A stretch of 64,000 nucleotides of DNA from Botryllus schlosseri (Eukaryota), in NCBI GenBank assembly GCA_051294905.1, contig CM119372.1:7564001-7628000 (forward strand), read 5' to 3'. Below the pieces are notes generated by a model. That model saw nothing but the letters and a program-made list of their open reading frames with translations, was not told where the DNA came from and ran no database searches. A program made the position numbers and the translations under genes. Positions 27,001 to 37,500 of the stretch are shown here, one piece after another. Each line of letters starts with the position of its first letter. The first letter of the stretch is position 1.

Positions 27001-30000
27001 TTTCCGCGATCAAATTGGTCATATAAACCGCGTTTCTTGTATAGATACACCGTTGGTATGTGCGGCGACGGCGCCAACGACAGCGGAGCGCTGAAAGCCG
27101 CCCATTCGGGTATCGCGATCGCTGAAATTGAAGCTTCCATCGTGGCCCCTTTTACGTCTATGAAAAGCGACATTTCATGCTGCATAAAGCTTATAAGGTA
27201 TATCATCTCAGACGGATCGGTTATCCTTGTTTAATGACCGGCTTCCGTTTCGTTGAAGGGAGGGTCGGGCTGCTCTCGTCACGTCGTTTGGAATGATGAA
27301 GTTTCTTTGCATATACTGTTTCGTTCAATATTTGTCTTTGATATTTCTGTATACGGTGAGCACTATATATAAGCGTATATGTAGGCCTACATATATTTAT
27401 ATTTCTTTGTGTGTCTCTGTGTGTATGTGTGTTCGTTTTCCGAGGCAGATGTCATCATTACGGCAGGACACAAATACGAATCGAATAATGATTCGAGTCG
27501 AGTTGAGAGACACTATTTTTCCGAGTAGGCCTACTAAAATTACACGCTCATTTTCACTGGGAGTTATGTTATGTACGGAATTAAAGTTTTGATACCTTCT
27601 TACCGCCGTGAGAGCCTTGAAACCTCGATTGGCGGCATCGCAGCATCTAAAACATGTACTAACGTAGTACAAATTTACTCACGTTGGTGGAATCGTCATT
27701 TCTGTGAAGTCAGGAAAACCAGTCGCATTGCCACAAAGTGCGGTGAAATAGACACGTTTGAAACCACCAACTTATCACTGATTTCTTGTATAACTGACAT
27801 TATAAAATTTGCGGTCACACTCGCACACACGAAAGATGCGCGAATATTCGACTTGAATCGAAGCCCAACACTTGATTTATACTCATCCCACGGTTATCAG
27901 ACTTGGACAATTAGAGCGAAATACTGATCATTCTAATCTGATTTGTGAAATTTTTCTACGCTTTGATTTTAATTATAATGTAATTTCTGGTTTTCCTGAA
28001 AATTCCATAGGAAAACTGCATAGTGCGAAACGAACCAAGCTTGCTGTACAGACATTTGTCATTATTGTGCTTATGATTATGAACTGTGATTTCATACGAT
28101 CTGAACCTGATTTAATTTACATGTTTTCTCGAATTCGATAATTCTAATTCTAATCTAATTCGGAAAAAAAAACTGTGTAGTTAAAATTCTAATTGTAATC
28201 TATTTCAAAAAAGCTGAAATAGTGTCCCATTCTGACGGTTAGCGGCTAATCGTTATCTGCGCAACGGAAGCGTGTCGAATACTGACGTTTAATCGGCGAT
28301 GACGGATTGACGGGTATCTGTGCAGCCCATCCTAAGATTCCAATAATGTCGGTTGCGTTTGCATCTGATATCAGTTAGCGCTTCACGATTACACGTACGT
28401 GAGGTGGATAGGCCAGACTACTCGCGTGGCCGATCAAATCCACTCAATAACAACGCATCGCGCATTATTAGTCAGGATGCGCCGCGAGCGCCGGTACATT
28501 AGTTGATTGAATGTGGCGGCGTTGAATATGGTGTGAGTGGAGATCGTTTAGTACGTCATTAATGGTATTACTACAGTGATACTAATATGCAGTCGATCCG
28601 TGCCGTTATTAAAAAATCACTAAATACTCCGTTGGATTACGGCGCGGTTCATTTTTCACCTCGGATTGCGCATAACGCGATCACGCCCGATTGCGTCAAG
28701 CTCTAATTACTCATAGAAACAAATTGGAAGTCACCGTACCATTCTTTTCGAAATCAACCCTTATTTATTCAGATCAGCTCATACCTCTCCGACATCCAAT
28801 TTCTTTTCGCCGACCTGGGCGTCACGACCCTGGTCACCCTTTTCTTCGCGATCGGCAGGGCGTCGCCGGTGTTGCATAAAAGCCTGCCGCACACCTCGAT
28901 AGTGTCGCCGGTCATGCTGAGCTGTCTTTTACTGCAAATCGTCGCCCTGGTGCTGGTGCAAACCGCGTCCTTTCTGACTCTCCAGAATCAGAGCTGGTGA
29001 GACGTGTTCAAGTTCGGTTCGATCAATTTGGAATATACGGATGCGAACTTACTCTTATGGTCGGCGATATTTACTCAGAGCAGTGGTCTCAAACCCAAAT
29101 ATGCTCGCGGGACAATGTCCTAGTTTTTGAAGACGCCGCGCTCCGCAGCACAAATGGGCCATACAACGAATTTGGTGGGATGAAATCGTCCGATCATCGT
29201 GAAAATGTGATTTACTATCGCAGCAATTCAGGCCTGGGACGGAAAAAAATATCACATTTGAATAAATTCGTTGCTTTTCTTGGTGGAGAGTAAGCGTAAA
29301 TGAGGATTGATGAGTAGTTGCAGGTTTTTAGGCAATTTTGAAGTGGATTTTTTACATCTGAAAAAAGATATGTGGCAGTTAAATGTCGTCAAATACTTGA
29401 AAATCCAAAATTCGACGCGGGGCGCATGTTTGAATTCCTGACTTGTCAAAGAAGTCATCGTTGCTACTCAAGTAGAACTAGAATTAGCGCCGTAATAGTT
29501 TTATTCAATTACAAGTAGAAGTAGAGATGTTCAAGTTATGTCCAAATTACTTCACGAGGAAGTAGAAAGAGTACTCAACTAATTAGTCTCAAATAGTAGA
29601 TTTGGTCGAGACATTGCATGCTTTTAGTGATCGATCGAAAGTGGCCATACTTTCGTACTTACGAGACACATCACGGCGAATAATGTCAGATAACTATAGT
29701 GACAATACAAATTGGTAAAATTTTTGAAAATACATTCGGCTACCTTGAAACAGGGGGCTATTTCACTCGGTTGTTATGACTATGTCACTCGTAAAACGTG
29801 GTATACTCCAATATAGTAGAAGCGCTTCGGTACTGACCACATCTGCATTCACTGCGCGCAGAACAATCGGATATGAGCGCAAACCTGATATTTTTGTGTT
29901 CGCAGTAACGTGACTGCGTCTTATAGTGGAAGAGTGGTTGCCAGTGAATTCTGCACTTGGTGTTTTTAGCGCTATAAATGTAATAACTATCTTCATTATA

Positions 30001-31813
30001 AAAGCAATGTATCAATACAAGTATTGATTAATTCAAAATGAATGTTTCAGCGAATATGAGCGTGAATTGTGTTATGTATGCATCAATGCATGCTCTCTCT
30101 CAAGCGACACTCTCTTTTCAGGCACACGCCACTAGTTCCGAACCTGACAGACCCGAAAGCGAATATCGTTTGCAACGAGAACACGGTTTTGTTCTACACG
30201 TCTTGCTTCCAAGACATGATGCTGGCGTTCGTGTTTTACGAGGCGCTCCCGCATAAGGAGCCGGTTTACAAAAATGGTGAATACAGCGTTTCCACTGATT
30301 TTGTCGCAAAATATCGAAGTAATCAAGTACATTTCAACCACTTTCAATGCTTCCTCAAGTGGTAAAACTGAAACAGTTTTCAGTTTCCCATGCAGAACTC
30401 GCCCTAGAATACTCAGTTTCGCTTACTTGAGCACCAAAGATGTCTACTTTGACCAACTATGGCCTTGCATCCCAAAATGTCTCTCGGAATTGCAGACATA
30501 CGATGCTTATTGGCAACTCTTTCGAGTGAATGATTGGTAATGATTGGATAAATGCGTTCACAGCCTCACGCGAACGAACTTGTTTTCAGTTCCGTATTTT
30601 GTGGGCTTCATCCTGCTCTCGACATGGACGCTGATTATGTTTTTCGTGCCGGTCGAGCCGATCCTGACGTTCTTCTCTCTGACGACGCTCAATTATGACG
30701 TGGGCTTCCGGTTCGTCCTTCTCTCGTTCTACGTCGTCAACATCATATTCGCGACATTCATCGAGGTGAGCGTCAAGAGAATTCTTACGGGGAAATTGGT
30801 TGGCTATACTTCTCGCTGGGACATGTTGAGAATCTTGACATGGTGATCAGTGAGCCCTGTAGCCCGGCCCGAACATAGCTTGGTCAGTAGAACGCCAACT
30901 ATCATTCTTGAATCAGTTCAGTGCGTTCAAAATTTCATCGTCTCAATGCATCACAAGATTGCGAACAGATTTCGGAAATAGATAATCCTAGTTGTCTAGA
31001 CCAATTGGTACTTTTGCCATTCTCGCGATTAGAATGAGTATGGCCTCTGGTTTGATATGAACTAAACTTGACTCCTTCTCCAAGTTGTCACGAATTCAGC
31101 ACTTCTAATTCTGATCTAATTTGGAAAATTGTAATTCCAATATAATTCGGAAGAAATGTATGACCATAATTCTAATTCTCGTCTAATTCGTAATAGATGT
31201 GTAGCTATAAATTTTGATTTCGGCCTAATTTGGAAAAAAATGTATAGCTATAATTCTAATTCTCGTCTAATTTGGAATAGATGTGTAGCTATAATTCTAA
31301 TATTAATAAATTATTGAAAAGTTGAAAATTTTTCTCGTTAAGCAACTCTGTCGGGAAGGGACGGAATGTGTGTAACTATAACTGTAAAGGCAGCGTGATT
31401 TGGAAAACAATGTATAGCTGTAATTCGATTTTGATTTAATTCGAAAAAAAAATGTATACCTAATACCTACAATCCTAGTTCTAATGAAATTTGGAAAAAA
31501 AGTGTCTCTATAAATCTAATTTGGCGTGACTGGACGCAATATCAAGCCATCGCTGATGTCATGTCGCGTCGTCAGCGTGTCATTTTATGCTGACCCTGAA
31601 CGAACCTTCGTGCTTCTTCAGAAATTTCTGCTTCACTCAAAGTCTTACGCGCGGTTCCTGAGCAATGTCGGACGCAAATTTTCCCGCGTAAGACAGAATA
31701 CCGTGGACGAAGACAAAGATCAGCAACCCGTTTACCACTGCGAACTGCAAAAGCAATTAGAACAGGACCCTGCGTGGCCTCCTGTTGGACAGAAAACCTC
31801 TATAAACGTCTGA
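1..31813 (+). CDS. ATP13A3: P5B-type ATPase (ATP13A2/3/4/5 family, putative polyamine transporter), 5'-partial, multi-exon
   Basis: Phase-consistent GT-AG exons: 1-35, 3129-3276, 4055-4189, 4251-4446, 4690-4857, 8255-8365, 8439-8485, 8543-8649, 10559-10640, 11063-11144, 12050-12225, 20911-20979, 21047-21197, 23326-23398, 24006-24169, 24777-24895, 25122-25202, 25912-26078, 27045-27197, 27259-27355, 28773-28996, 30122-30276, 30590-30765, 31622-31813. Motifs: HPFYIFQ (M1), TGESVPV (A domain), VVPPGLP (M4), CFDK|TGTLT (phosphorylation site, split by an intron), [22 protein letters not shown]-terminal DPAWPP. The exact vertebrate paralog cannot be assigned, and a small extra exon between 12225 and 20911 cannot be excluded. 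Confidence 0.93.
290..570 (-). mobile_element. tRNA-derived SINE family; other copies about 11440-11705 (-), 18430-18640 (+), 34235-34400 (+), 48270-49500 (-, split by a hAT MITE)
   Basis: Pol III B-box GGTTCGAGTCC on the - strand at about 513-523. Shared body GCCTAGAAGTGGGCCGTGCTACAAG...GGCCTGGTGTAAATGACCA in all copies. Confidence 0.75.
1273..2290. mobile_element. hAT-like MITE with GTGAAC/GAACC subterminal repeats
   Basis: 15-bp TIR AGGGATGGTGTGAAC/GTTCACACCATCCCT. TSD degenerate and unresolved. Confidence 0.7.
5274..5679. mobile_element. MITE with TTTTAAAAC subterminal repeats
   Basis: TIR TAGGGTTGCATTTAAAAC / GTTTTAAATGCAACCCAA. No TSD recognisable. Confidence 0.6.
7280..7797. mobile_element. 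hAT MITE with TCGAGTA subterminal repeats
   Basis: TIR TAGGGCTGGGCA/TGCCCTGCCCTA. Perfect TSD GTTATTGC (7272-79, 7798-7805). Confidence 0.88.
8721..9664. mobile_element. hAT MITE with GCCAAAA subterminal repeats
   Basis: TIR CAGGCCGTGTTATTTTTG / CAAAAATAACACGGCCCG. Perfect TSD AGTATCGC (8713-20, 9665-72). Confidence 0.85.
9809..10187. mobile_element. MITE whose arms are inverted arrays of a 15-bp unit (ATTACCGAGAATGGAC-like)
   Basis: About 8 units on the left (9824-9945) and about 6 inverted units on the right (10085-10172). Ends GACGGT/ACCATC with CAA/TAA flanks (Harbinger-like 3-bp TSD uncertain). Confidence 0.7.
13973..18930 (-). CDS. KCNMB: Calcium-activated (BK/Slo) potassium channel beta-subunit-like protein, 271 aa, nested antisense in an ATP13A intron
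   Basis: Exons 18930-18706, 17792-17511, 15572-15385, 14093-13973; all GT-AG, phases 0/0/2, 816 nt including stop. TM1 region [31 protein letters not shown] resembles KCNMB1 RGETRALCLG...YILVTTVLP and KCNMB2 AGEDRAILLG. Loop cysteines [35 protein letters not shown] (cf. FSCYSDPEGNQKSVILTK). TM2 [22 protein letters not shown] (cf. FHSLFWP). Confidence 0.85.
14551..15154. mobile_element. hAT MITE with GACTCGAGTC subterminal repeats; truncated copy at about 12430-12843
   Basis: TIR CAGGGTTGTAA/TTACAACCCTG. TSD CAATGTCC/AAATGTCC. The internal sequence is homologous to 12430-12843, which keeps only the 3' TIR (TTGCAACCCTG). Confidence 0.88.
15900..16402 (+). mobile_element. 5'-truncated hAT MITE with GAATCCG repeats; its 3' TIR is interrupted by the 16403-17273 element
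   Basis: GAATCCG/ATCCGA repeats. The 3' end CCGATGCTCATCAC|TG (completed at 17282-83) equals the TIR of the 50046-50660 element. Confidence 0.7.
16403..17273 (+). mobile_element. hAT deletion derivative carrying the transposase C-terminal dimerisation-domain remnant
   Basis: TIR TAGGGCGATTTT/AAAATCGCCCTA. Perfect TSD CTCATCAC (16395-402, 17274-81). Internal frame reads [24 protein letters not shown] (hAT SA.VERSFS motif). Confidence 0.88.
22533..23063. mobile_element. hAT (Charlie/Buster-type) MITE
   Basis: TIR CAGGAGCGGGCAA/TTGCCCGTCCCTG. Flanks (T)CTTAGGC / CTTAGGC share 7 bp and contain the TA typical of Buster-type targets. Confidence 0.65.
26710..27000. repeat. Dispersed CTAATT/TTAGAATT-module repeat family; other copies about 5740-6140, 11790-11940, 27930-28200, 31080-31520, 33270-33420
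   Basis: Tandem CTAATTCTAATCTAATTT modules plus a shared core TTTTCCTGAAAA...TAGTGCGAAACGAACCAAGCTTG in either orientation. Confidence 0.7.
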
Positions 31814-34522
31814 CGTATATGTATGTTTGAACAATACATAGACTCGATCAAGTTCAGCGGTACTGTGATTTAGGCCTACGACTAACAGAAATGTAAATAC
31901 AATTAGGAAACATGTCGATAAAAATGCGTACTACATATTTTTATACCATATGGTCATTGTCTACCGTTACTAAATCAATTCAAATCTTTTTTCCTGATTT
32001 TACACTCTTTCATTTTATTGTAGCTATCGACGTTTTGTTGTCGAGCTTGATGGTGCTTCTGTAGCGCACTGCTTAATAGATTTCGTTACGTGCAGTAATG
32101 TAATGCTTTCTCCTTCCGTGTACCGTTGTAACGTAACATACAGAAGCGTTGCTGCGCAGTGTGCATGCCAGCAGTGCCGCGGCCGTAGATTTTTAAAAGG
32201 TGTCACAAGGTGGAATAATAATAATAATCTCCCCGCCAATATGTCATAAGAATCGTGATATGCATACTGTATGTGGGTATGCGAGAAGAAAATTTCGAGA
32301 GGCAGTGACAAGAATATCCATTGTGATGCAATGAACATGAATAGTCTCATAATGCTCAGTTTGAAAATTTAAAGGGGGCACCCGCGATTTTCGTCTTCCT
32401 TGGTACGCCACCGCTATCCTACCTCCTCACATCCTGAAAATGATCAATTGATCATCCCGTCGTGTGCGAACGGAGACCATGGTACATTTCACAAGTTGAG
32501 GCAATTTTATAGTTATCCTTCTGTGATTTCGTGGTCTCCGTTATGCAAGGGCATTGTATCACTTTGTCACGTTAATTTCCGGCGTGATTTACAATTCCGC
32601 CTATTCAGGCCAAGTATGAAGATGCACGTGAGACTGATATGTATTACATCCACCTTTCGGTATGTACAAATCACTGTTTCTTAACCCTTAGCAGCCTGGC
32701 GAAGCCGGTGCACAAAACGACCTGTGCATCAGTAACAGTGGTCAAAGAACAAGTCCATTAAAGCATGATTTTCAAAACAAAACCAATATATTATAATGAT
32801 AATATACTGAGAATTAGTATGCTGTATGTATGAGTATGGTGTATGTCTTGGCTCCCGGTGAACCCCTCGGGTGCGTATGAACCCCCGTTAATGACCGCTG
32901 ACATAAAGGACGTCATATTCTTGCGGTGGAAATCTTATCTAACGTCATCATATAGGTTTCGCATTTATTGTGTACGTATATTGTCCTATGCACTGTTTCG
33001 TTTCCCTTTCGTTCATTAAAATTGCAAATATACTTCTATCATGCTCGTGTAAACTTCGATCCAGCGGGTGGAATCGCTTCGACCGTAAAGATGTGGCTCT
33101 GCGACAGAGTTGAACTAGAAAATTTTGAATTTTAATGACAGGTACAGTTTTTTTTTTCAGATTACATTACATTTTGAATGATATTCGGGATTAGAAAGAA
33201 ATACAACAAAGATCAATTTCAGTTCATATGTATGAGAATGACAAATGTCTGTATAATGTAGGCCTACACCAAGCTTGGATCGTTTCACACTGTAGAATTT
33301 TAAGGAAAATCAGAGATGAGATTAGAATTAAAATTGGAGCATAGAAACATTTCACAAATTAGATTAGAAATTTTTATACCACCATTTTGCTATAATTAGT
33401 ACAATTAGACAACTTGAATTATCGATAGTTGCCTAAGTCGGATCTGGAATAACGCTGAGCGGACTATACCTCGGTCTTGCGTTGGACTTCGTGAAGGCTT
33501 TAGTATAGGCCTACGTGTATTCCAAAGAGGACGAATGATTCCAGGGGTAATGTGAGGTATTGTGGGCGTCGGGACATCAGAAAGGCGGTGAATTCGAGAC
33601 GGCATAGCTTGATTTCGGTAGGGGCATAACGCATAGCCTAAGTGACGATGCTACATGGCCGCTATATGTGGTTGCGTGTGAGTCGTATGGTCGCGCGAGT
33701 CGCGGCGTATACAGTAAAGCAAACGTGGTCACTAACGATGTATACTTCTACTTGTTCTGGGTACTTTTTCCTAGTTCCAATTCTACTTAACAGTTAGGCG
33801 AACCTACTTACTTTTTACATTTTTGATTTTGTAAAGCAGAAAGTGGTTTTGGGACAATTCCTGCAATACTTTTACGAATAAAATTGTTGAAACCGCACCT
33901 GTATCACGGTAACTGATCCTATTTGAGTAATAATATTGACTAATTTTGGCACCTCTGAGTATAGAAGTCAATGAACTTACACTGACCATTCTGGGGATGC
34001 GGAGGTTAAAACAACCAAAACGGTAAAATACATCTGGTCGGACATAGTTGATTCTCAATTTACTCCAAAAACGTAGATCTTACTCTATATTCCGAACATA
34101 TCGGCGCCAACGACACAAGAACGTGGAGCAATTAAGTGTGCTTCTATAAGATTGTCACTATACTAAAAATTGGGGTCGGCCCCTTTATCTTATTTTCAGG
34201 ATGCTTGTGTGAGAGACTATGAATCACTGATTTAGGCTCCTCCTCGCTACATCATCCGTGTAAGCAGTGTCTTATAAAAGCCTAGAAGTGGGCAGTGCTA
34301 CAAGTCGGCAGCTACGGAATAAAACTGACGAAAATTGGCCTGGTGTAAATGACCATAGTAGTCGACAAACATTATGAATATCACAAACAACACCAACTGA
34401 TTTCCTATGCCGAGATGCATGTAGCCAATAGGTGTTTTATTTCCAAGTTTATAATAGCCCGGATCTGGTATGGACTATGGACAGATTATATAGTAACATG
34501 CGATCTTTTTATAGGTCGAAGG

Positions 34523-37500
34523 CTAAGAACATATTTCTTCCCATATGCAGTCGTGCGGATCATTGAAACCAAAGTATTCCAACGCGTCATCTAAATTCCA
34601 TAATCCGTCGTGACGCGGGTTACCGTGTAAAGGCATCGTGAGCAGACGTTCGTTATGAAATATTTGTAACTTCATTTGATCTGTTAAATTGAATATAGCA
34701 ATTTACTGACTTGCAATTGACTCGAAATCTGAAAATTGGAAATGGCTTGACCTGACTCGAATTAAAATTTGCAGTGATCCGAATGACTTGCGACTCGGTA
34801 GTGACTATTGAAGCCAGCACCATCTCTTAGGCGAAACATTTCTATATAATTTACTCACCGTCACAAACTGAAGTCTGAAAACCGATGAATAGATCCATAC
34901 TGGTAAAGAAGCTATATATCACTAACCATCGCATTTGTTGAGGACGAAAGCTACATTCCCGCTACCTGGTATGAGATTGGACATCTTGAATTTTCGATTC
35001 AGTTTCGACCGGAAATCTCGGCCGCGGAAAGGACCCTCGTCCTTGAAACAAAGAAGTCATCATATTTTAAATTATATGGTGTATATTCAATTTAAGGAGT
35101 TTAGTTGAAATATAGATTATGAGTGGATTTGTCCAGCTATAAAACTTTGGATAGCTGCGTAAACCGCGACAGAACTGTCTGTCTATGGCCCGCGACTCGT
35201 ATTGTACAATGTACCATTGTACAGTGTACAGTAGGGCTCTTCAAAAATGACTCTTTTTCTCAAATCGTACTGGCTACTTGATAAAATTGTTAGGTTACCT
35301 AATTTAAGCCTACACACAAAATTTGGTTCAATTCCCGCCAGTAACCGCTTTGCTACAGGAGAAGAAAGTTTCTATTTATTATATAAAATTAAATAATAAA
35401 AAAATTTGAAAATTTTCTGTTCACCTCATGAAAGAGTTGGGCTGTCTATAGAAACGATGCTCACCAAATTTGGTTCAATTCCAACCAGTAGAAGCGCAGT
35501 TATTGCCGTCGAAAATTTTGGATTTGAATAAAATAGTATTTACGGTGACCGATTCTTTGTTTATTTATTTTAGTTGTGCTCACCGTAAATACTATTTTAT
35601 TCAAATCCAAATTTTTCGACGGCAATAACTCCGCTTCCACTGGTTGGAATTGAACCAAATTTGGTGAGCATCGTTTCTATAGACAGCCTAACACTTTAAT
35701 GGAGTGAACGGAAAATTTTCAATTTTTTTATTATTTATTTTTATATAATGAATAGAAACTTTCTTCTCCTGTAGCAAAGCGGTTACTGGCTGGAATTGAA
35801 CCAAATTTTGTGTGTAGGCTTAAATTAGGTAACCTAACAATGTTATCAAGTAGCCAGTACGATTTGAGAAAAAAAGTCATTTTTGAAGAGCCCTACTGTA
35901 CAGTGTACAGTGTACAACATGTACGTACGTACACTACAGGCTAAATTAAGTTCCAAAGTAAATTATAACAAGGTAATTACATACCGAGGCGCACCAGACC
36001 GTGGTGATAAGAGTCACTGAGACTTTTTACAATAATAATAATAATAATAAATTAATAAAATAAAATTAATAAAATCGGTCAGCAGCTGTAATGTATTGTC
36101 TGTTTCGTCCGATCCGTGTGTCCAAAATATATTGAAACTTAAAATTGCGATTGATATCGAGGAATTTGACAGCATGAATCCGATGTAGGATTCATCTATA
36201 CCTATCATTGAAATTCTCTGAATACTGTGATTAGCATTAGATTGTCAGCTTCATCAAAATAGTTGCATAAGGGTCGGGATAATATATTGTATATACGAAC
36301 TAACCTCTATCATCTTCATCTCAGTCAACAGCGATAGCAATGTTGGCTTATGAGCGAAAATGAAGTGATTTGTCTTCTGTTCATTTGACAAGGCTTGCGA
36401 GCTGGCATTTTTCAGGGCAGACAATATGTAATGTTTTAACACACATGAGTGCCTATAACTGTTGACATGTCCGAAACTGCGCTTCATGTAGTCCCTCATG
36501 TCTCTTGAATATTCCAAAGCTGTAAGTGGGAATAGGGAAATCAATCAATGCCGATCTCAAAAGCTTACATCACATTGCAAAGTTTCGGTTAATTGTTGGA
36601 ATGCCGCTCCTCAATAATTACATATATCATTCTACCTAACAACCACATACCTTCCTTGTCGAGACGGCTCAACGCCAGGCACCAAGGGCTATCCTTTCCT
36701 GTCGCCCACTGTTCCCGGGCGCAACCTTCCATGTATATTGTAGGTATGAAAGGCGTCCTTACGTTTTGCGGAGGCACTCCTAATCGCGCTGCTATATTTT
36801 TGCCAATTTTACCTACCAATTTACCTGAAAATATGGATTTGCTGCTTTTTGTATTCTCCGCATTCACAATAGTGGGGAATTTTGGTTTTGTTTCTTAATT
36901 AAGGTCTAATCTAGTAATTCATCTTGATCTGCAATAGCAATAATTAATATTTAGATTGAAAAGCTAGTATTAGCTTCCTGAAGCTATATATAGTCCTTCA
37001 AGTTCAGCTATGCTTATGAAATGTTCCCGAAATTGCTTATTCATACAGTCTATCCTATATATACATAGATTACTGAATGTCGCAGGAGATGAATTAAGGG
37101 CACATTACCGTTGAGAAAACGGCTCACTTTTCTTCCCAATTTTCTTCTGCCGACCGCGGTGCAATTCTCCCACGACATGGTTATGAAGTTGTCAATATCT
37201 ATTTCGTATCGTTGTGATAGCAACGACGCATTTCTGAATACTCGTGCAGACTCCTTCGTGCGTTGGAAATTCGATGAAATGAATCTACAGGTGAAATGCA
37301 GAGCAACATGTTATACCGTTTTATGCTTCGGTTTACGATTATCTTGCGTTAGATAGGCCTGTAGGATTCCGGTTAATATGCTAGCTGCCAGGTTAGTTTC
37401 TGTTAGTGTTAAGTGTACGGTTAGGGTTAGCGTGGACTCCTTTGAACGAATAAATACTCGCTGTGTTGACACTGACTATTTTGAAGGCGAGCGGTATGCG

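Noticed and set aside
32681-32720. TTAA-CCCTT piggyBac-like left end
   Set aside because: No matching AAGGG-TTAA right end found.
36014-36217. Apparent terminal MINPP1 exon ending in a hydrophobic stretch plus KKSQ (KKxx ER-retrieval motif)
   Set aside because: The hydrophobic part is an (AAT)n/AT-rich microsatellite read-through. The true next exons (35041-34927, 34680-34523) align much better with the MINPP1 C-terminus, so this is intron.
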